A stretch of 64,000 nucleotides of DNA, taken from the NCBI GenBank assembly GCA_965229205.1, contig CBDDIV010000003.1, positions 2,363,576 to 2,427,575 on the forward strand. The letters are read 5' to 3'. This DNA is from Rhodoglobus sp. Its GTDB lineage: Bacteria; Actinomycetota; Actinomycetes; Actinomycetales; Microbacteriaceae. Shown here piece by piece: positions 39,166 through 49,591 of the stretch. Under the pieces are notes generated by a model, which was given only the letters and a program-made list of their open reading frames with translations, did no database searches and was not told the origin of the DNA. Made by a program: the position numbers and the translations under genes. The first letter of the stretch is position 1. Every line of letters begins with the position of its first letter.

Positions 39166-40656
39166 ATGACCGTGCCCGCTCTGTCTGTGAGCCCAGAACC
39201 GCCCCTGACCATTGCCGCCGACGTGCTCGTGCTCGGAGTGAGCAAGACCGACGACGGACCCCGACTCCTGAGCGATGCCGCCGAGCTCGCCGAGCTCCAG
39301 CTGGTGCTCGCGTCGATCGGCGTGACCGGCGCGCAGGACGAGCTCAGGCGCATCCCGGGCAGCTACGGAGCCACCGAGAGCATCGCGCTCATCGGCGTCG
39401 GCAGCGGCGAGGTCACCGTCGACGACCTGCGGTATGCCGCAGGATCAGCAGCCCGGCAGCTGCGCGGAGTCGAGTCGATCGTGTTCGCGCTGCCTGTGAA
39501 GGATGACGCCGACACCCTCGCCGTGCTCGAGGGGGCTGCGATCGGCGCCTACGCGTACACCGAGTACCGCTCCAGCTCGCTCGAGTCGACCAAGCTGCCG
39601 GCAACCACGGTGATCGTGGCGGCCGCCGGCTCCGACGCTCTGGTATCGAAGGCATCGATCATCGCCGAGGCGGTGCACACCGTGCGGGACCTCGTCAACA
39701 TGCCTCCGTCCGACCTCTATCCCGAGTCGTTCGCGGCCGCGGCCCGGGCGCTGGCCGAGCCCACGGTCGTCACTGTCGACGTCCTGGACGAGAAGCAACT
39801 CGCCGCGGGTGGATTCGGCGGGATTCTCGGCGTCGGCCAGGGCTCGACTCGCCCGCCACGACTCGTGAAGGCGGTCTACGCACCGAAGGGCGCGACCCGC
39901 CACCTGGCTCTCGTGGGCAAGGGAATCACGTTCGACTCGGGCGGGCTCTCGCTGAAGCCCCCGGCATCCATGATCGGCATGAAGTACGACATGACTGGAG
40001 CGGCAACAGTGCTCGCGGTCGTTCTTGCCGCGGCCAAGCTGGAGCTCGACGTCAAGGTCACGGCGTGGCTCTGCATCGCGGAGAACATGCCTTCGGGTTC
40101 GGCGCTGCGCCCCAATGACGTCATCCGCATCCGTGGGGGCAAGACCGTCGAGGTGCTCAACACTGACGCGGAAGGCCGGCTCGTGCTCGCTGACGGCCTT
40201 GTCGCCGCGAGCGAGGAGGAGCCCGATGCGATCATCGACGTCGCGACTCTCACCGGTGCGGCACTCATCGCCCTGGGCAACCGCTACGTCGGCACCATGG
40301 GCGACTCGCAGCTCGTCGCCGATGTGGTCGCTGCCGGCAATCGGGTCGGCGAGACCCTGTGGCCGATGCCGATCCCCAGCGATGTGAGACCCATGCTCGC
40401 GTCGGACATCGCCGACATCGCCAACATCAAGCCCGGCAACACCGCAGCCGGAATGCTGATCGCCGCCGCCTTCCTCCGCGACTTCGTCGGCAGCGTCGGC
40501 GAGGGCGAGGCCAAGACCGTGATCCCGTGGGCGCACCTCGACATCGCCGGTCCGGCGAACAACGGCGCCGGCGGTTGGGGCTTCACGGGCAAGGGCCCGA
40601 CCGGCGTCTCCGTACGGGCTCTGATCGAGTTCGCGACCGGCCTCGGTGCCAAGTAG
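39166..40656 (+). CDS. pepA: Leucyl aminopeptidase (M17)
   Basis: VGKGITFDSGG, MKYDM, NTDAEGRLVL, DVATLTGA and WAHLDIAG motifs. Confidence 0.95.
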   Translation: MTVPALSVSPEPPLTIAADVLVLGVSKTDDGPRLLSDAAELAELQLVLASIGVTGAQDELRRIPGSYGATESIALIGVGSGEVTVDDLRYAAGSAARQLRGVESIVFALPVKDDADTLAVLEGAAIGAYAYTEYRSSSLESTKLPATTVIVAAAGSDALVSKASIIAEAVHTVRDLVNMPPSDLYPESFAAAARALAEPTVVTVDVLDEKQLAAGGFGGILGVGQGSTRPPRLVKAVYAPKGATRHLALVGKGITFDSGGLSLKPPASMIGMKYDMTGAATVLAVVLAAAKLELDVKVTAWLCIAENMPSGSALRPNDVIRIRGGKTVEVLNTDAEGRLVLADGLVAASEEEPDAIIDVATLTGAALIALGNRYVGTMGDSQLVADVVAAGNRVGETLWPMPIPSDVRPMLASDIADIANIKPGNTAAGMLIAAAFLRDFVGSVGEGEAKTVIPWAHLDIAGPANNGAGGWGFTGKGPTGVSVRALIEFATGLGAK

Positions 40657-40759
40657 GAAGTAGTAGGGTTTTCGAGGCGGGATCTCACCGCCCCAGCCGG
40701 TCGTCCACCACACCATCAGGCGCCGGTGCTTGAAGATCCTTACAGAGGAGTTGCTGGTT

Positions 40760-42133
40760 TTGGCTGAGCACAATTTTGACCTCGTAGTTCTCGGTGGCGG
40801 AAGTGGTGGCTACGCCGCCGCCCTGCGCGCAAGCCAGCTCGGAATGAGCGTTGGTCTCATCGAGAAGAACAAGGTGGGGGGCACCTGCCTGCACGTCGGA
40901 TGCATTCCGACCAAGGCGCTGCTGCACTCCGCCGAGGTCGCCGACGTCACGCGCGAGTCCGCGAAGTACGGTGTCTCATCCACCTTCAACGGCGTCGACA
41001 TCGCCGCGGTGACCGGCTACCGCCAGGAGGTTGTCGCCAGCAAGTACAAGGGACTGCAGGGCCTCATCAAGGCTCGCGGCATCATCACGATCGAGGGCGA
41101 GGGACGTCTGATCTCCCCCACCACCGTGCAGGTCGGGGATGACACGGTCACCGGCAAGAACGTCGTGCTCGCGACCGGCAGCTACTCCCGCTCGCTCCCC
41201 GGTCTCGAGATCGGCGGACGGGTCATCACCTCCGAGCAGGCACTCGAGCTCGACTTCATCCCGAAGAAGGTCGCCGTTCTCGGCGGCGGTGTCATCGGCG
41301 TCGAGTTCTCGTCCGTCTGGCGCAGCTGGGGTTCCGAGGTCACGATCATCGAGGCGCTCCCCCACCTCGTGCCCAACGAGGACGAGGCGATCTCGAAGCA
41401 GTTCGAGCGTGCGTTCCGCAAGCGCGGAATCGACTTCAAGCTGGGAGTTCGCTTCCAAGGCGTGACCCAGAACGACCAGGGCGTCGTCGTCACCCTGGAG
41501 AACGGCGAGACCATCGAGGCCGAGCTCCTGCTCGTGGCCGTCGGTCGCGGCCCGCTCACCGCCGGACTCGGCTACGAGGAGGTCGGCATCACCATCGACC
41601 GCGGCTTCGTCATCACCAACGAACGCCTCGCCACCAACATCCCCGGTGTCTACGCCGTGGGCGACATCGTGCCCGGCCTGCAGCTGGCCCACCGCGGATT
41701 CCAGCACGGGATCTTCGTGGCTGAGGAGATCGCCGGACTCAACCCGATCGTCATCGACGACCTCAACATTCCGAAGGTCACCTACAGCGACCCGGAGGTC
41801 GCATCCGTCGGTCTCTCCGAGGCCAAGGCTGCAGAGAAGTACGGCGCCGACAAGATCACGAGCTACGACTACAACCTCGCGGGCAACGGCAAGAGCCACA
41901 TCATCGGAACCTCCGGATCCGTCAAGGTCGTGCGGGTCAACGAGGGACCGGTCGTCGGAGTTCACATGATCGGCGCTCGAGTGGGCGAACTGATCGGCGA
42001 GGCTCAGCTCGCGGTCAACTGGGAGGCCTACCCGGAGGACATCGCGCCGCTTCTTCACGCGCACCCGACCCAGAACGAGGCGCTCGGCGAGGCGTTCCTG
42101 GCTCTCGCGGGCAAGCCGCTTCACGGCATCTGA
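40760..42133 (+). CDS. lpdA: Dihydrolipoyl dehydrogenase
   Basis: GGGSGG, GGTCLHVGCIPTK, GGGVIG and HAHPT motifs. TTG start with SD GAGGAG. Confidence 0.96.
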   Translation: MAEHNFDLVVLGGGSGGYAAALRASQLGMSVGLIEKNKVGGTCLHVGCIPTKALLHSAEVADVTRESAKYGVSSTFNGVDIAAVTGYRQEVVASKYKGLQGLIKARGIITIEGEGRLISPTTVQVGDDTVTGKNVVLATGSYSRSLPGLEIGGRVITSEQALELDFIPKKVAVLGGGVIGVEFSSVWRSWGSEVTIIEALPHLVPNEDEAISKQFERAFRKRGIDFKLGVRFQGVTQNDQGVVVTLENGETIEAELLLVAVGRGPLTAGLGYEEVGITIDRGFVITNERLATNIPGVYAVGDIVPGLQLAHRGFQHGIFVAEEIAGLNPIVIDDLNIPKVTYSDPEVASVGLSEAKAAEKYGADKITSYDYNLAGNGKSHIIGTSGSVKVVRVNEGPVVGVHMIGARVGELIGEAQLAVNWEAYPEDIAPLLHAHPTQNEALGEAFLALAGKPLHGI

Positions 42134-42193
42134 CCCCGGCGCGAAACCCCTTTACTAAACTAAGTACGTACGCGGCACTAAGGAGCATCACTG

Positions 42194-43606
42194 ATGAGCG
42201 AATCCGTCAACCTTCCGGCACTCGGAGAGAGTGTCACCGAGGGCACGGTGACACGCTGGCTCAAGAAGGTCGGCGACCGGGTCGAGGTCGACGAGCCGCT
42301 GCTCGAAGTCTCGACCGACAAGGTCGACACGGAGATCCCGTCGCCTGTCGCCGGAGTGATCGAAGCCATCCTCGTCGCCGAGGACGAGACGGTCGAGGTC
42401 GGTACCACCCTCGTCACCATCGGTGACGGATCGGGCGCCACGGAGGCGCCCGCCGCTCCGGCACCCGTCGCAGAGGCTCCGGCCCCCGCACCGGAGCCCG
42501 TGGCTGAGGCACCCGCACCAGTCGTCGAGGCGCCCGCACCCGCACCCGTCGTTGAGCCCCAGGCACCCGCACCAGTCGTCGAGGCACCTGCGCCGGCACC
42601 CGTTGTCGAAGCGCCGGCACCCGTCGCAGAGGCTCCCGCACCCGCACCCGCACCCGCTCCCGCCCCCGCTGCGCCCGCCGCCGCCCCGAGCGCTCCCTCG
42701 GCTGACGCAGCAGGCTACGTGACCCCGCTCGTGCGCAAGCTCGCACACGAGAGCGGCGTCGACCTGTCCGCCGTGACCGGAACCGGAGTGGGTGGACGCA
42801 TCCGCAAGCAGGACGTCCTGGCCGCGACATCCGCGTCCGTCTCGACCGCAGCGCCCGTCGCCGCACCCGCGAAGGCTCTCGAGGTCTCGCCGCTGCGCGG
42901 CACGACCGTCGCGATGTCGCGCCTGCGCAAGGTCATCGCCGAGCGCGCCGTCATCTCGATGCAGAGCTCAGCGCAGCTGACGTCCGTCGTCGAGGTGGAT
43001 GTCACGCTCGTGGCGCACTACCGCGATCAGGTCAAGGCTGCGTTCCAGCAGAAGACCGGCGTCAAGCTGAGCTTCCTGCCGTTCTTCGCTCTCGCAGCGG
43101 CCGAAGCACTGACGGCGTACCCCATCATCAACGCGACGATCGACGGCGACTCGATCGTCTACCCGGCGCAGGAGAACATCTCCATCGCCGTCGATACCGA
43201 GCGCGGTCTTCTGACTCCCGTGATCCGTGATGCTGCGAAGCTCGACCTCGCTGGATTCGCTGCGCAGATCGCCGACCTCGCCGAGCGCACGCGCGACAAC
43301 AAGCTGAAGCCCGACGAGCTGGCCGGGGGCACGTTCACCCTGACCAACACCGGATCGCGCGGCGCGCTCTTCGACACGCCCATCGTGTTCCTGCCGCAGT
43401 CGGCGATTCTCGGCACCGGAATCGTCACGAAGAAGCCGGTCGTGGTGAGCGATGCGGGTGGCGACGCGATCGCTATCCGCTCCATGGTGTACCTGGCACT
43501 GTCCTACGATCACCGCATCGTCGACGGCGCCGACGCCGCCCGGTTCCTGGTGGCTGTCAAGGATCGCCTCGAGGGCGGCGACTTCGCCGCCAAGCTGGGC
43601 ATCTGA
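42194..43606 (+). CDS. sucB: 2-oxo acid dehydrogenase E2 component (DlaT/SucB)
   Basis: One lipoyl domain (STDKVD), an Ala/Pro linker, a binding domain ([10 protein letters not shown]) and the catalytic DHRIVDG motif. Confidence 0.94.
   Translation: MSESVNLPALGESVTEGTVTRWLKKVGDRVEVDEPLLEVSTDKVDTEIPSPVAGVIEAILVAEDETVEVGTTLVTIGDGSGATEAPAAPAPVAEAPAPAPEPVAEAPAPVVEAPAPAPVVEPQAPAPVVEAPAPAPVVEAPAPVAEAPAPAPAPAPAPAAPAAAPSAPSADAAGYVTPLVRKLAHESGVDLSAVTGTGVGGRIRKQDVLAATSASVSTAAPVAAPAKALEVSPLRGTTVAMSRLRKVIAERAVISMQSSAQLTSVVEVDVTLVAHYRDQVKAAFQQKTGVKLSFLPFFALAAAEALTAYPIINATIDGDSIVYPAQENISIAVDTERGLLTPVIRDAAKLDLAGFAAQIADLAERTRDNKLKPDELAGGTFTLTNTGSRGALFDTPIVFLPQSAILGTGIVTKKPVVVSDAGGDAIAIRSMVYLALSYDHRIVDGADAARFLVAVKDRLEGGDFAAKLGI
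42445..42700 (+). repeat. Imperfect coding tandem repeats (APVVEAP-type) forming the E2 hinge
   Basis: Repeated GCACC(C/A)GTCGTCGAGGC-like units encoding PAPVVEAPA. Boundaries are approximate. Confidence 0.7.
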
Positions 43607-43615
43607 GCACGCGTT

Positions 43616-44959
43616 CTAACGCTCCAGGTAGTCCCTGATCCGCCAACCGGCCTCGCTCTTCATCATGAGGAGCGAGGCCGGTTCGCTGTCCGTTACGTCA
43701 CCCAGCGACACCAGTGCTGAGTCGCCGAGTCGCTCCTCCAGGGTCAAATCCGATGCCGAGACACGCAGGGTGTCGGGCTGCTCCGACCCCTGCTGCAGTG
43801 ACCTGACGAGCAGCTGGTCCTCAGCCAGCGCCGCGGAACCCGGCTGGTCGACATCATCCAGGCACAGCACCGACAGATCACGGATGCACCGCTCCCGCAG
43901 CGCGAGAAGCTCGGGCAGTGCGGCCAGCGGGTCGTCCCCCGCCACGACGTCGTCGCCCCCAGCGTTGCTCGCCGTCGGGGTCGGGCTGAGGCTCGGGTGC
44001 GGAGCGGGTCCCGCAGTCGCGCCAGGCGGCGATGAGGGAATCAGGACCGCAGCCAGCACCAAGGCCCCTGCCACCGCCCCAAGTGCGATCCAGGCGCGTG
44101 CGCGAACCGCGAGCACCGCGCGGCGAGCCCGGCTCGCCCACCGATGCACCGACACCGCCAGGCCGGCACCGTCGAGCCAGTCGGGTAGCACCAGGCTCAA
44201 CAGGCCACCCCTCCCTCCGACCTCCGGCTCAGGCGGCACCGGGGGCGCGGTCAGGATTCGGGCGGGCGGCGCGAGTTCCGCCGGGCCATCGGGCCGAAGC
44301 TTCACCGCCTCGGGCGCCCCGAGATCGAAGAGCACCTGCTCGACCCGCTCCAGCCAGTCCTGGCCGGGATCCGGCAGACTGACCGGCAGTGGAAGCCGGT
44401 CGAGCACCGCCCTCGCGACGCGAGCGAAGTCATCCAGATCGCGGATGACGCCCTGCTCCTGCTCCAGTCGGGCCGGCGGCATCCGTGGCTCGATCAGGCT
44501 GGCAGACCCGAAGCACGAGAGCACCGGTGCGCCGGTTCCATCGAAGGCGACTGCCTCCAGCCTGAGACCTCCATGCACAACGCCGTTGTCGTGGAGGCGT
44601 CTCAGGGTTCTCGCGAGGGGAACGAGGATCGTGATCGCCTCTCCCTGACGCAGGGACGCCCGGTCCCGCAGGAGCCTGCCGAGGCTGCCGCCGGCCACAC
44701 GCTCAAGTATCAGCGCGGGGGCGCCATCAGGTCCGCCGGCCAGGTCGATCAGCGTGACCACATGATCGCCCGCAGCCCTCGACAGCGCCTCGATCTCGGT
44801 GATGGCGGCCGTATCGCCCACAGTCGGCCGGAACACCTTGATGGCGACGGCTCGAGCATCATCGCTGTCGCTGCGCGGGTAGGCGAGGTGAACTTCGGCA
44901 CGCGGCCCCTCGCCGAGTTTGCGAACGAGTCGATAGCCGCCGAGGGTGTCGCCAGTCAT
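43616..44959 (-). CDS. Membrane-anchored Ser/Thr kinase-like protein, probable pseudokinase
   Basis: YRLVRKLGEG, VAIK and LERVAGGSL are kept, but the catalytic loop reads HGGLRLEA and DFG reads CFG. A single TM helix is followed by an external domain with two Cys. Confidence 0.8.
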   Translation of the reverse strand: MTGDTLGGYRLVRKLGEGPRAEVHLAYPRSDSDDARAVAIKVFRPTVGDTAAITEIEALSRAAGDHVVTLIDLAGGPDGAPALILERVAGGSLGRLLRDRASLRQGEAITILVPLARTLRRLHDNGVVHGGLRLEAVAFDGTGAPVLSCFGSASLIEPRMPPARLEQEQGVIRDLDDFARVARAVLDRLPLPVSLPDPGQDWLERVEQVLFDLGAPEAVKLRPDGPAELAPPARILTAPPVPPEPEVGGRGGLLSLVLPDWLDGAGLAVSVHRWASRARRAVLAVRARAWIALGAVAGALVLAAVLIPSSPPGATAGPAPHPSLSPTPTASNAGGDDVVAGDDPLAALPELLALRERCIRDLSVLCLDDVDQPGSAALAEDQLLVRSLQQGSEQPDTLRVSASDLTLEERLGDSALVSLGDVTDSEPASLLMMKSEAGWRIRDYLER

Positions 44960-45069
44960 GCCACCACCGTGCCTCGGATTGCGGTCGACCCTGACGCACC
45001 CGCGACTTCCGTCGCGAAACAGTGCCTGGAGGGGATGGGGAGGACCGGAACGCGCATAGACTCGGATGC

Positions 45070-45714
45070 GTGATCGACTTTGTCGTCGCGGGGCTAAGCG
45101 CCAACTCCGTGCCGTACATCGAAGCTCTTGAGCTTCAACGCGCAACCCATCGTGCCGTCGTGAGCGGAACCCGCCCCGACACCGTCATCCTCCTCGAGCA
45201 TCCGTCGGTCTACACCGCCGGTAAGCGCACGGAGGACTTCGAACGCCCCACCGACGGCACGCCCGTCATCGATGTCGACCGGGGTGGCAAGATCACCTGG
45301 CACGGCCCGGGGCAGCTCGTCGGCTACCCGATCGTGCGTCTCGCCGAACCCATCGACGTGGTGGGCTATGTGCGCCGCATCGAGGGCGTGCTCATCGAGG
45401 TACTCGCCGAGCTCGGGCTCGATGCCGGCCGCGTTGCCGGCCGCTCGGGCGTCTGGATGCGCTACGACGAACCGGTGGGCGCGGAGAAGATCGCGGCAAT
45501 CGGCATCCGCGTCGCCGAGGGAGTGACGATGCATGGCTTCTCACTCAACTGCGACAACAGCTTCGACGCCTACTCCAAGATCGTCGCGTGCGGCATTCTC
45601 GACGCCGGAATCACGTCAGTCTCGCGCGAGTTGGGCCGAGACGTCTCCCCCGAGGATGTGCTGCCCCTCGTGCAGAAGCACCTCGAATCCGCCCTCACAG
45701 GAGCCAACGCATGA
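45070..45714 (+). CDS. lipB: Lipoyl(octanoyl) transferase
   Basis: [35 protein letters not shown] and IVACG motifs. Confidence 0.96.
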   Translation: MIDFVVAGLSANSVPYIEALELQRATHRAVVSGTRPDTVILLEHPSVYTAGKRTEDFERPTDGTPVIDVDRGGKITWHGPGQLVGYPIVRLAEPIDVVGYVRRIEGVLIEVLAELGLDAGRVAGRSGVWMRYDEPVGAEKIAAIGIRVAEGVTMHGFSLNCDNSFDAYSKIVACGILDAGITSVSRELGRDVSPEDVLPLVQKHLESALTGANA

Positions 45715-46718
45715 GCACGAGCCACCACCCCGAAGCCAACCAGGTGGAGGGCCGCAAGCTGCTGCGCCTCGAGGTGCGCAACGCCGAGACCCCGATCGAG
45801 CGCAAGCCCGAGTGGATCAGGACCGTCGCGAAGATGGGGCCGGAGTACCGACAGCTGCAGGAGCTCGTCAAGGGCGAGAGCCTGCACACGGTGTGCCAGG
45901 AAGCGGGATGCCCGAACATATTCGAGTGCTGGGAGGACCGTGAGGCGACCTTCCTCATCGGTGGCAGCCAGTGCACGCGGCGGTGCGACTTCTGCCAGAT
46001 CGACACCGGCAAGCCCGCCGACTACGACAAGGACGAGCCACGTCGGGTTGCCGAGTCCGTCACCAAGATGAACCTGCGCTATGCCACCGTCACCGGCGTC
46101 GCGCGCGACGACCTTCCCGATGAGGGTGCGTGGCTGCACGCCGAGACCGTGCGCCAGATCCACGCGCAGAACCCCGGCACCGGCGTCGAGATTCTCGCGA
46201 CCGACTTCTCGGGAAACCCCGACCTGCTGGGCGAGGTGTTCTCGTCGCGCCCCGAAGTCTTCGCCCACAACGTGGAGACGGTGCCGCGCATCTTCAAGCG
46301 CATCCGCCCGGCGTTCCGCTACGAGCGTTCACTTGACGTGCTCACCAAGGCCCGGGCGGCCGGCCTCATCACCAAGTCCAACCTCATCCTCGGCATGGGC
46401 GAGGAGCCCGCCGAGGTGCTGCAGGCACTGCAGGACCTGCACGATGCCGGCACCGACATCATCACGATCACGCAGTACCTTCGCCCGACCCCGCGCCACC
46501 TGCCGGTCGCCCGCTGGGTCAAGCCGCAGGAGTTCGTCGAGTTCTCGGAGGCCGCCGAGGAGATCGGATTCCTCGGAGTGCTCGCGGGGCCGCTCGTGCG
46601 CTCGAGCTACCGTGCCGGGCGCCTGTGGGCGCGCTCCATGGTGGCGAAGGGCCGCGACATCCCGGAGCACCTGACTCACCTCGCAGACGCGAACCTCGGC
46701 TTCGCGCAAGCAGTCTGA
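45711..46718 (+). CDS. lipA: Lipoyl synthase
   Basis: CX4CX5C ([12 protein letters not shown]), CX3CX2C (CTRRCDFC) and RSSY motifs. Confidence 0.97.
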   Translation: MSTSHHPEANQVEGRKLLRLEVRNAETPIERKPEWIRTVAKMGPEYRQLQELVKGESLHTVCQEAGCPNIFECWEDREATFLIGGSQCTRRCDFCQIDTGKPADYDKDEPRRVAESVTKMNLRYATVTGVARDDLPDEGAWLHAETVRQIHAQNPGTGVEILATDFSGNPDLLGEVFSSRPEVFAHNVETVPRIFKRIRPAFRYERSLDVLTKARAAGLITKSNLILGMGEEPAEVLQALQDLHDAGTDIITITQYLRPTPRHLPVARWVKPQEFVEFSEAAEEIGFLGVLAGPLVRSSYRAGRLWARSMVAKGRDIPEHLTHLADANLGFAQAV

Positions 46719-46760
46719 GCCGAGCGCTGAGCCGCCTCGCCGAACCCGTATCCTAGACAC

Positions 46761-47474
46761 ATGGCACGAACCACCACGACGGCGCCGAAGGCTCCCAAGG
46801 AGCCCGGTCGACTGAAGCAGATGTACCAGGTCTTCCAGATGACCCGGCGCTACGACAAGCTCGCGATCTGGTACCTGCTGCTGGCCTTCCTGCTGCCGGT
46901 GCTCGCGGGAATCATCCTCGCGATCGCTCTGGGTGGCGACAGCATTCTCGCCGTCGTCCTGTACGTGATTGCCGGCGTGCTCGGTGGCGTACTGCTGTTC
47001 CTCATCGTGCTCGGCCGTCGCGCCGAGAAGGCCGCGTACTCGCAGATCGAGGGCCAGCCGGGCGCAGTGGGTGCGGTGCTGAAGAGTTCGCTTCGTCGCG
47101 GCTGGACGGCGAGCGAGATGCCCGTCTCGGTCAGCCCCAAGACTCAGGATGCCGTGTACCGCGCCGTCGGGCGTGGCGGTGTCGCCCTCATCGGCGAGGG
47201 CCCCCGCAGCCGCACGCAGCGCATGCTCGAGGATGAGCGCAAGAGCATCGTGCGCATCCTGCCGAACGTGCCGGTGTCGTTCATCTACGTGGGACCGGAC
47301 GCCGAGTCGGTGCCGCTGTACAAGCTGCCCACGAAATTGCGCCAGTTGAAGCCGGTGCTGCGCAAGCCGGAGATCCTCGCGGTTTCCAACCGTCTCAACT
47401 CGCTGGGCAAGAACGGCCTGCCGATTCCCAAGGGCATCGACCCGATGCGAGTGCGTTCGCAGCGTCCGCGCTAA
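46761..47474 (+). CDS. DUF4191-family membrane protein
   Basis: Two TM helices, GQPGAVGAV, VGRGGVALIGEG and PIPKGIDP motifs, in its usual position after lipA. Confidence 0.9.
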   Translation: MARTTTTAPKAPKEPGRLKQMYQVFQMTRRYDKLAIWYLLLAFLLPVLAGIILAIALGGDSILAVVLYVIAGVLGGVLLFLIVLGRRAEKAAYSQIEGQPGAVGAVLKSSLRRGWTASEMPVSVSPKTQDAVYRAVGRGGVALIGEGPRSRTQRMLEDERKSIVRILPNVPVSFIYVGPDAESVPLYKLPTKLRQLKPVLRKPEILAVSNRLNSLGKNGLPIPKGIDPMRVRSQRPR

Positions 47475-47476
47475 GG

Positions 47477-47881
47477 TCAGCGCCTGACGAGCACCGTGCC
47501 GACCAGTCGATCATGCATGCCGCGCTGGTCGAGATCCCAGATGAGTGCGGGAATCACCAGGCACAACAGCAGTGTGCGCGCGAACGGTCGCCAGAGTCCC
47601 AGGTAGCCGCCGGCGATCGGAACCACGCGCATCCCGAGCAGAAGGTGCCCGGGACTCGCATTGATCGTGAGCAGGAAGAGCACCTGCACGCCGGCGAAGA
47701 TCGCCAGGGTTGCCCACGCCTGATACTGGAAGAACGCCACTGACACCAGCACAGCGGTCCCCCAGTCGATCACGAGGGCCGCGATCCGGCGGCCCAACCG
47801 GCCCACTGAGCGCGGTCCGGAGGCGGGAAGACCGAGGCGCCGCCCCGGCCAGTCGGACGCGGCTGACGAGGGGTCGGGCAT
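47477..47881 (-). CDS. RDD-family membrane protein
   Basis: [20 protein letters not shown] and QRGMHDRL motifs. Divergent from glnA. Confidence 0.9.
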   Translation of the reverse strand: MPDPSSAASDWPGRRLGLPASGPRSVGRLGRRIAALVIDWGTAVLVSVAFFQYQAWATLAIFAGVQVLFLLTINASPGHLLLGMRVVPIAGGYLGLWRPFARTLLLCLVIPALIWDLDQRGMHDRLVGTVLVRR

Positions 47882-47909
47882 CCCCCAATTCTACGCGTGG
47901 GGTGCGCCC

Positions 47910-47947
47910 GTAACATGCGCGAAACAATTGCGTGATGCTGGCGAAAC
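47910..47947 (+). promoter_or_regulatory. GlnR box upstream of glnA1
   Basis: GTAAC-n6-GAAAC-n6-GTGAT-n6-GAAAC, exact 11-bp phasing. Confidence 0.85.
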
Positions 47948-48017
47948 CGCCTACCCATACCCTCATGAGTGGCGGCGTTTGCTGCCGATCAGCACCAAGC
48001 TCATTGGAGTTCCTCAC

Positions 48018-49442
48018 ATGTTCAGTGATTCTTCCGAAGTGCTCAAGTTCATCAAGGACACCGACGTCAAGTTCCTTGATATTCGCTTCACCGACCTCCC
48101 CGGTGTTCAGCAGCATTTCAACATTCCGGCGTCCACTGTCGACGAGGAGTTCTTCTCCGTCGGTCAGCTCTTCGACGGCTCGTCGATTCGCGGTTTCGCG
48201 AACATCCACGAGTCAGACATGCAGCTGATTCCGGATGTCACGACCGCTTACGTTGACCCGTTCCGCACCGAGCGCACGCTCATCATGGTCTTCGACATCT
48301 ACAACCCGCGCAACGGCGAGATCTACGCCAAGGACCCGCGTCAGGTCGCCAAGAAGGCCGAGAAGTACCTCGCGTCGACCGGCATCGCAGACACCGCATT
48401 CTTCGCTCCCGAGGCTGAGTTCTACATCTTCGACGATGTGCGCTACTCGGTGACCCAGAACCAGAGCTTCTACTCGGTCGACTCCGAGGAGGGCGCCTGG
48501 AACACGGGTCGCGTCGAGGAGGGCGGCAACCTCGCCAACAAGACGCCTTTCAAGGGTGGCTACTTCCCCGTGAGCCCCGTCGACAAGCAGGCCGACCTGC
48601 GCGATGACATCAGCCTCAAGCTGATCGACGCTGGCCTCATCCTCGAGCGCGCCCACCACGAGGTCGGCACCGGCGGACAGGCGGAGATCAACTACCGCTT
48701 CGACACGATGGTGCACGCGGCCGACGACATCCTGAAGTTCAAGTACATCGTCAAGAACACCGCCCTCGAGTGGGGCAAGGTCGCGACCTTCATGCCGAAG
48801 CCGCTGTTCGGCGACAACGGCTCGGGCATGCACACCCACCAGTCGCTGTGGAACGACGGCAAGCCGCTGTTCTACGACGAGAAGGGCTACGGCGGCCTGA
48901 GCGACATCGCGCGCTGGTACATCGGCGGCCTGCTCAAGCACGCTCCGGCGGTCCTTGCGTTCACCAACCCGACGCTCAACTCCTACCGTCGCCTCGTGCC
49001 CGGTTTCGAGGCGCCCGTCAACCTGGTGTACTCGGCCGGTAACCGCTCGGCGTCGATCCGCATCCCGATCACGGGTACCAACCCCAAGGCGAAGCGCATC
49101 GAGTTCCGTGCACCGGATGCCTCGGGCAACCCGTACCTCGCATTCGCGGCCCAGCTCATGGCTGGCCTCGACGGCATCAAGAACAAGATCGAGCCGCACG
49201 AGCCCGTGGACAAGGACCTGTACGAGCTGCCGCCCGAGGAGGCCAAGCTCATTCCCCAGGTTCCCGGTTCGCTGGCCGAGGCGCTCGACGCGCTCGAGGC
49301 CGACCACGAGTTCCTCACCGAAGGAAACGTCTTCACGCAGGACCTCATCGACACCTGGATCAGCTACAAGCGCACCGCGGAGATCACTCCGATGGCGCAG
49401 CGTCCGCACCCGTTCGAGTACGAGCTGTACTTCTCGGTGTAG
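48018..49442 (+). CDS. glnA: Glutamine synthetase type I-beta
   Basis: [36 protein letters not shown] and the adenylylation site DLYELPPEE. Confidence 0.97.
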   Translation: MFSDSSEVLKFIKDTDVKFLDIRFTDLPGVQQHFNIPASTVDEEFFSVGQLFDGSSIRGFANIHESDMQLIPDVTTAYVDPFRTERTLIMVFDIYNPRNGEIYAKDPRQVAKKAEKYLASTGIADTAFFAPEAEFYIFDDVRYSVTQNQSFYSVDSEEGAWNTGRVEEGGNLANKTPFKGGYFPVSPVDKQADLRDDISLKLIDAGLILERAHHEVGTGGQAEINYRFDTMVHAADDILKFKYIVKNTALEWGKVATFMPKPLFGDNGSGMHTHQSLWNDGKPLFYDEKGYGGLSDIARWYIGGLLKHAPAVLAFTNPTLNSYRRLVPGFEAPVNLVYSAGNRSASIRIPITGTNPKAKRIEFRAPDASGNPYLAFAAQLMAGLDGIKNKIEPHEPVDKDLYELPPEEAKLIPQVPGSLAEALDALEADHEFLTEGNVFTQDLIDTWISYKRTAEITPMAQRPHPFEYELYFSV

Positions 49443-49459
49443 TCGCTACCCAGCACACG

Positions 49460-49491
49460 GCGGCCGTCCCTTCGGGGGCGGCCGCTTTGTT
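49460..49491 (+). terminator. Intrinsic terminator of glnA
   Basis: GCGGCCGTCCC-TTCG-GGGGCGGCCGC followed by TTTGTT. Confidence 0.85.
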
Positions 49492-49514
49492 GTGCGGAGG
49501 GAGGATTGCGCTCC

Positions 49515-49577
49515 CGCGCGGTCCTAATGGACAACCGCGGTCGTTGTGGCGGGCCCCAGCGTCCATAACACCCGCGC
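49515..49577. repeat. Degenerate palindromic element (TAATGGAC...GTCCATAA)
   Basis: Imperfect inverted arms GCGCGG..TAATGGAC / GTCCATAA..CCGCGC in the glnA-glnE convergent gap, separate from the terminator. Confidence 0.45.
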
Positions 49578-49591
49578 AAGAGGGCGTGAGG

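Noticed and set aside
42445-42700. Tandem repeats in sucB as a possible CRISPR or contingency locus
   Set aside because: In-frame, synonymously diverged Ala/Pro hinge typical of E2 subunits, with no spacer structure.
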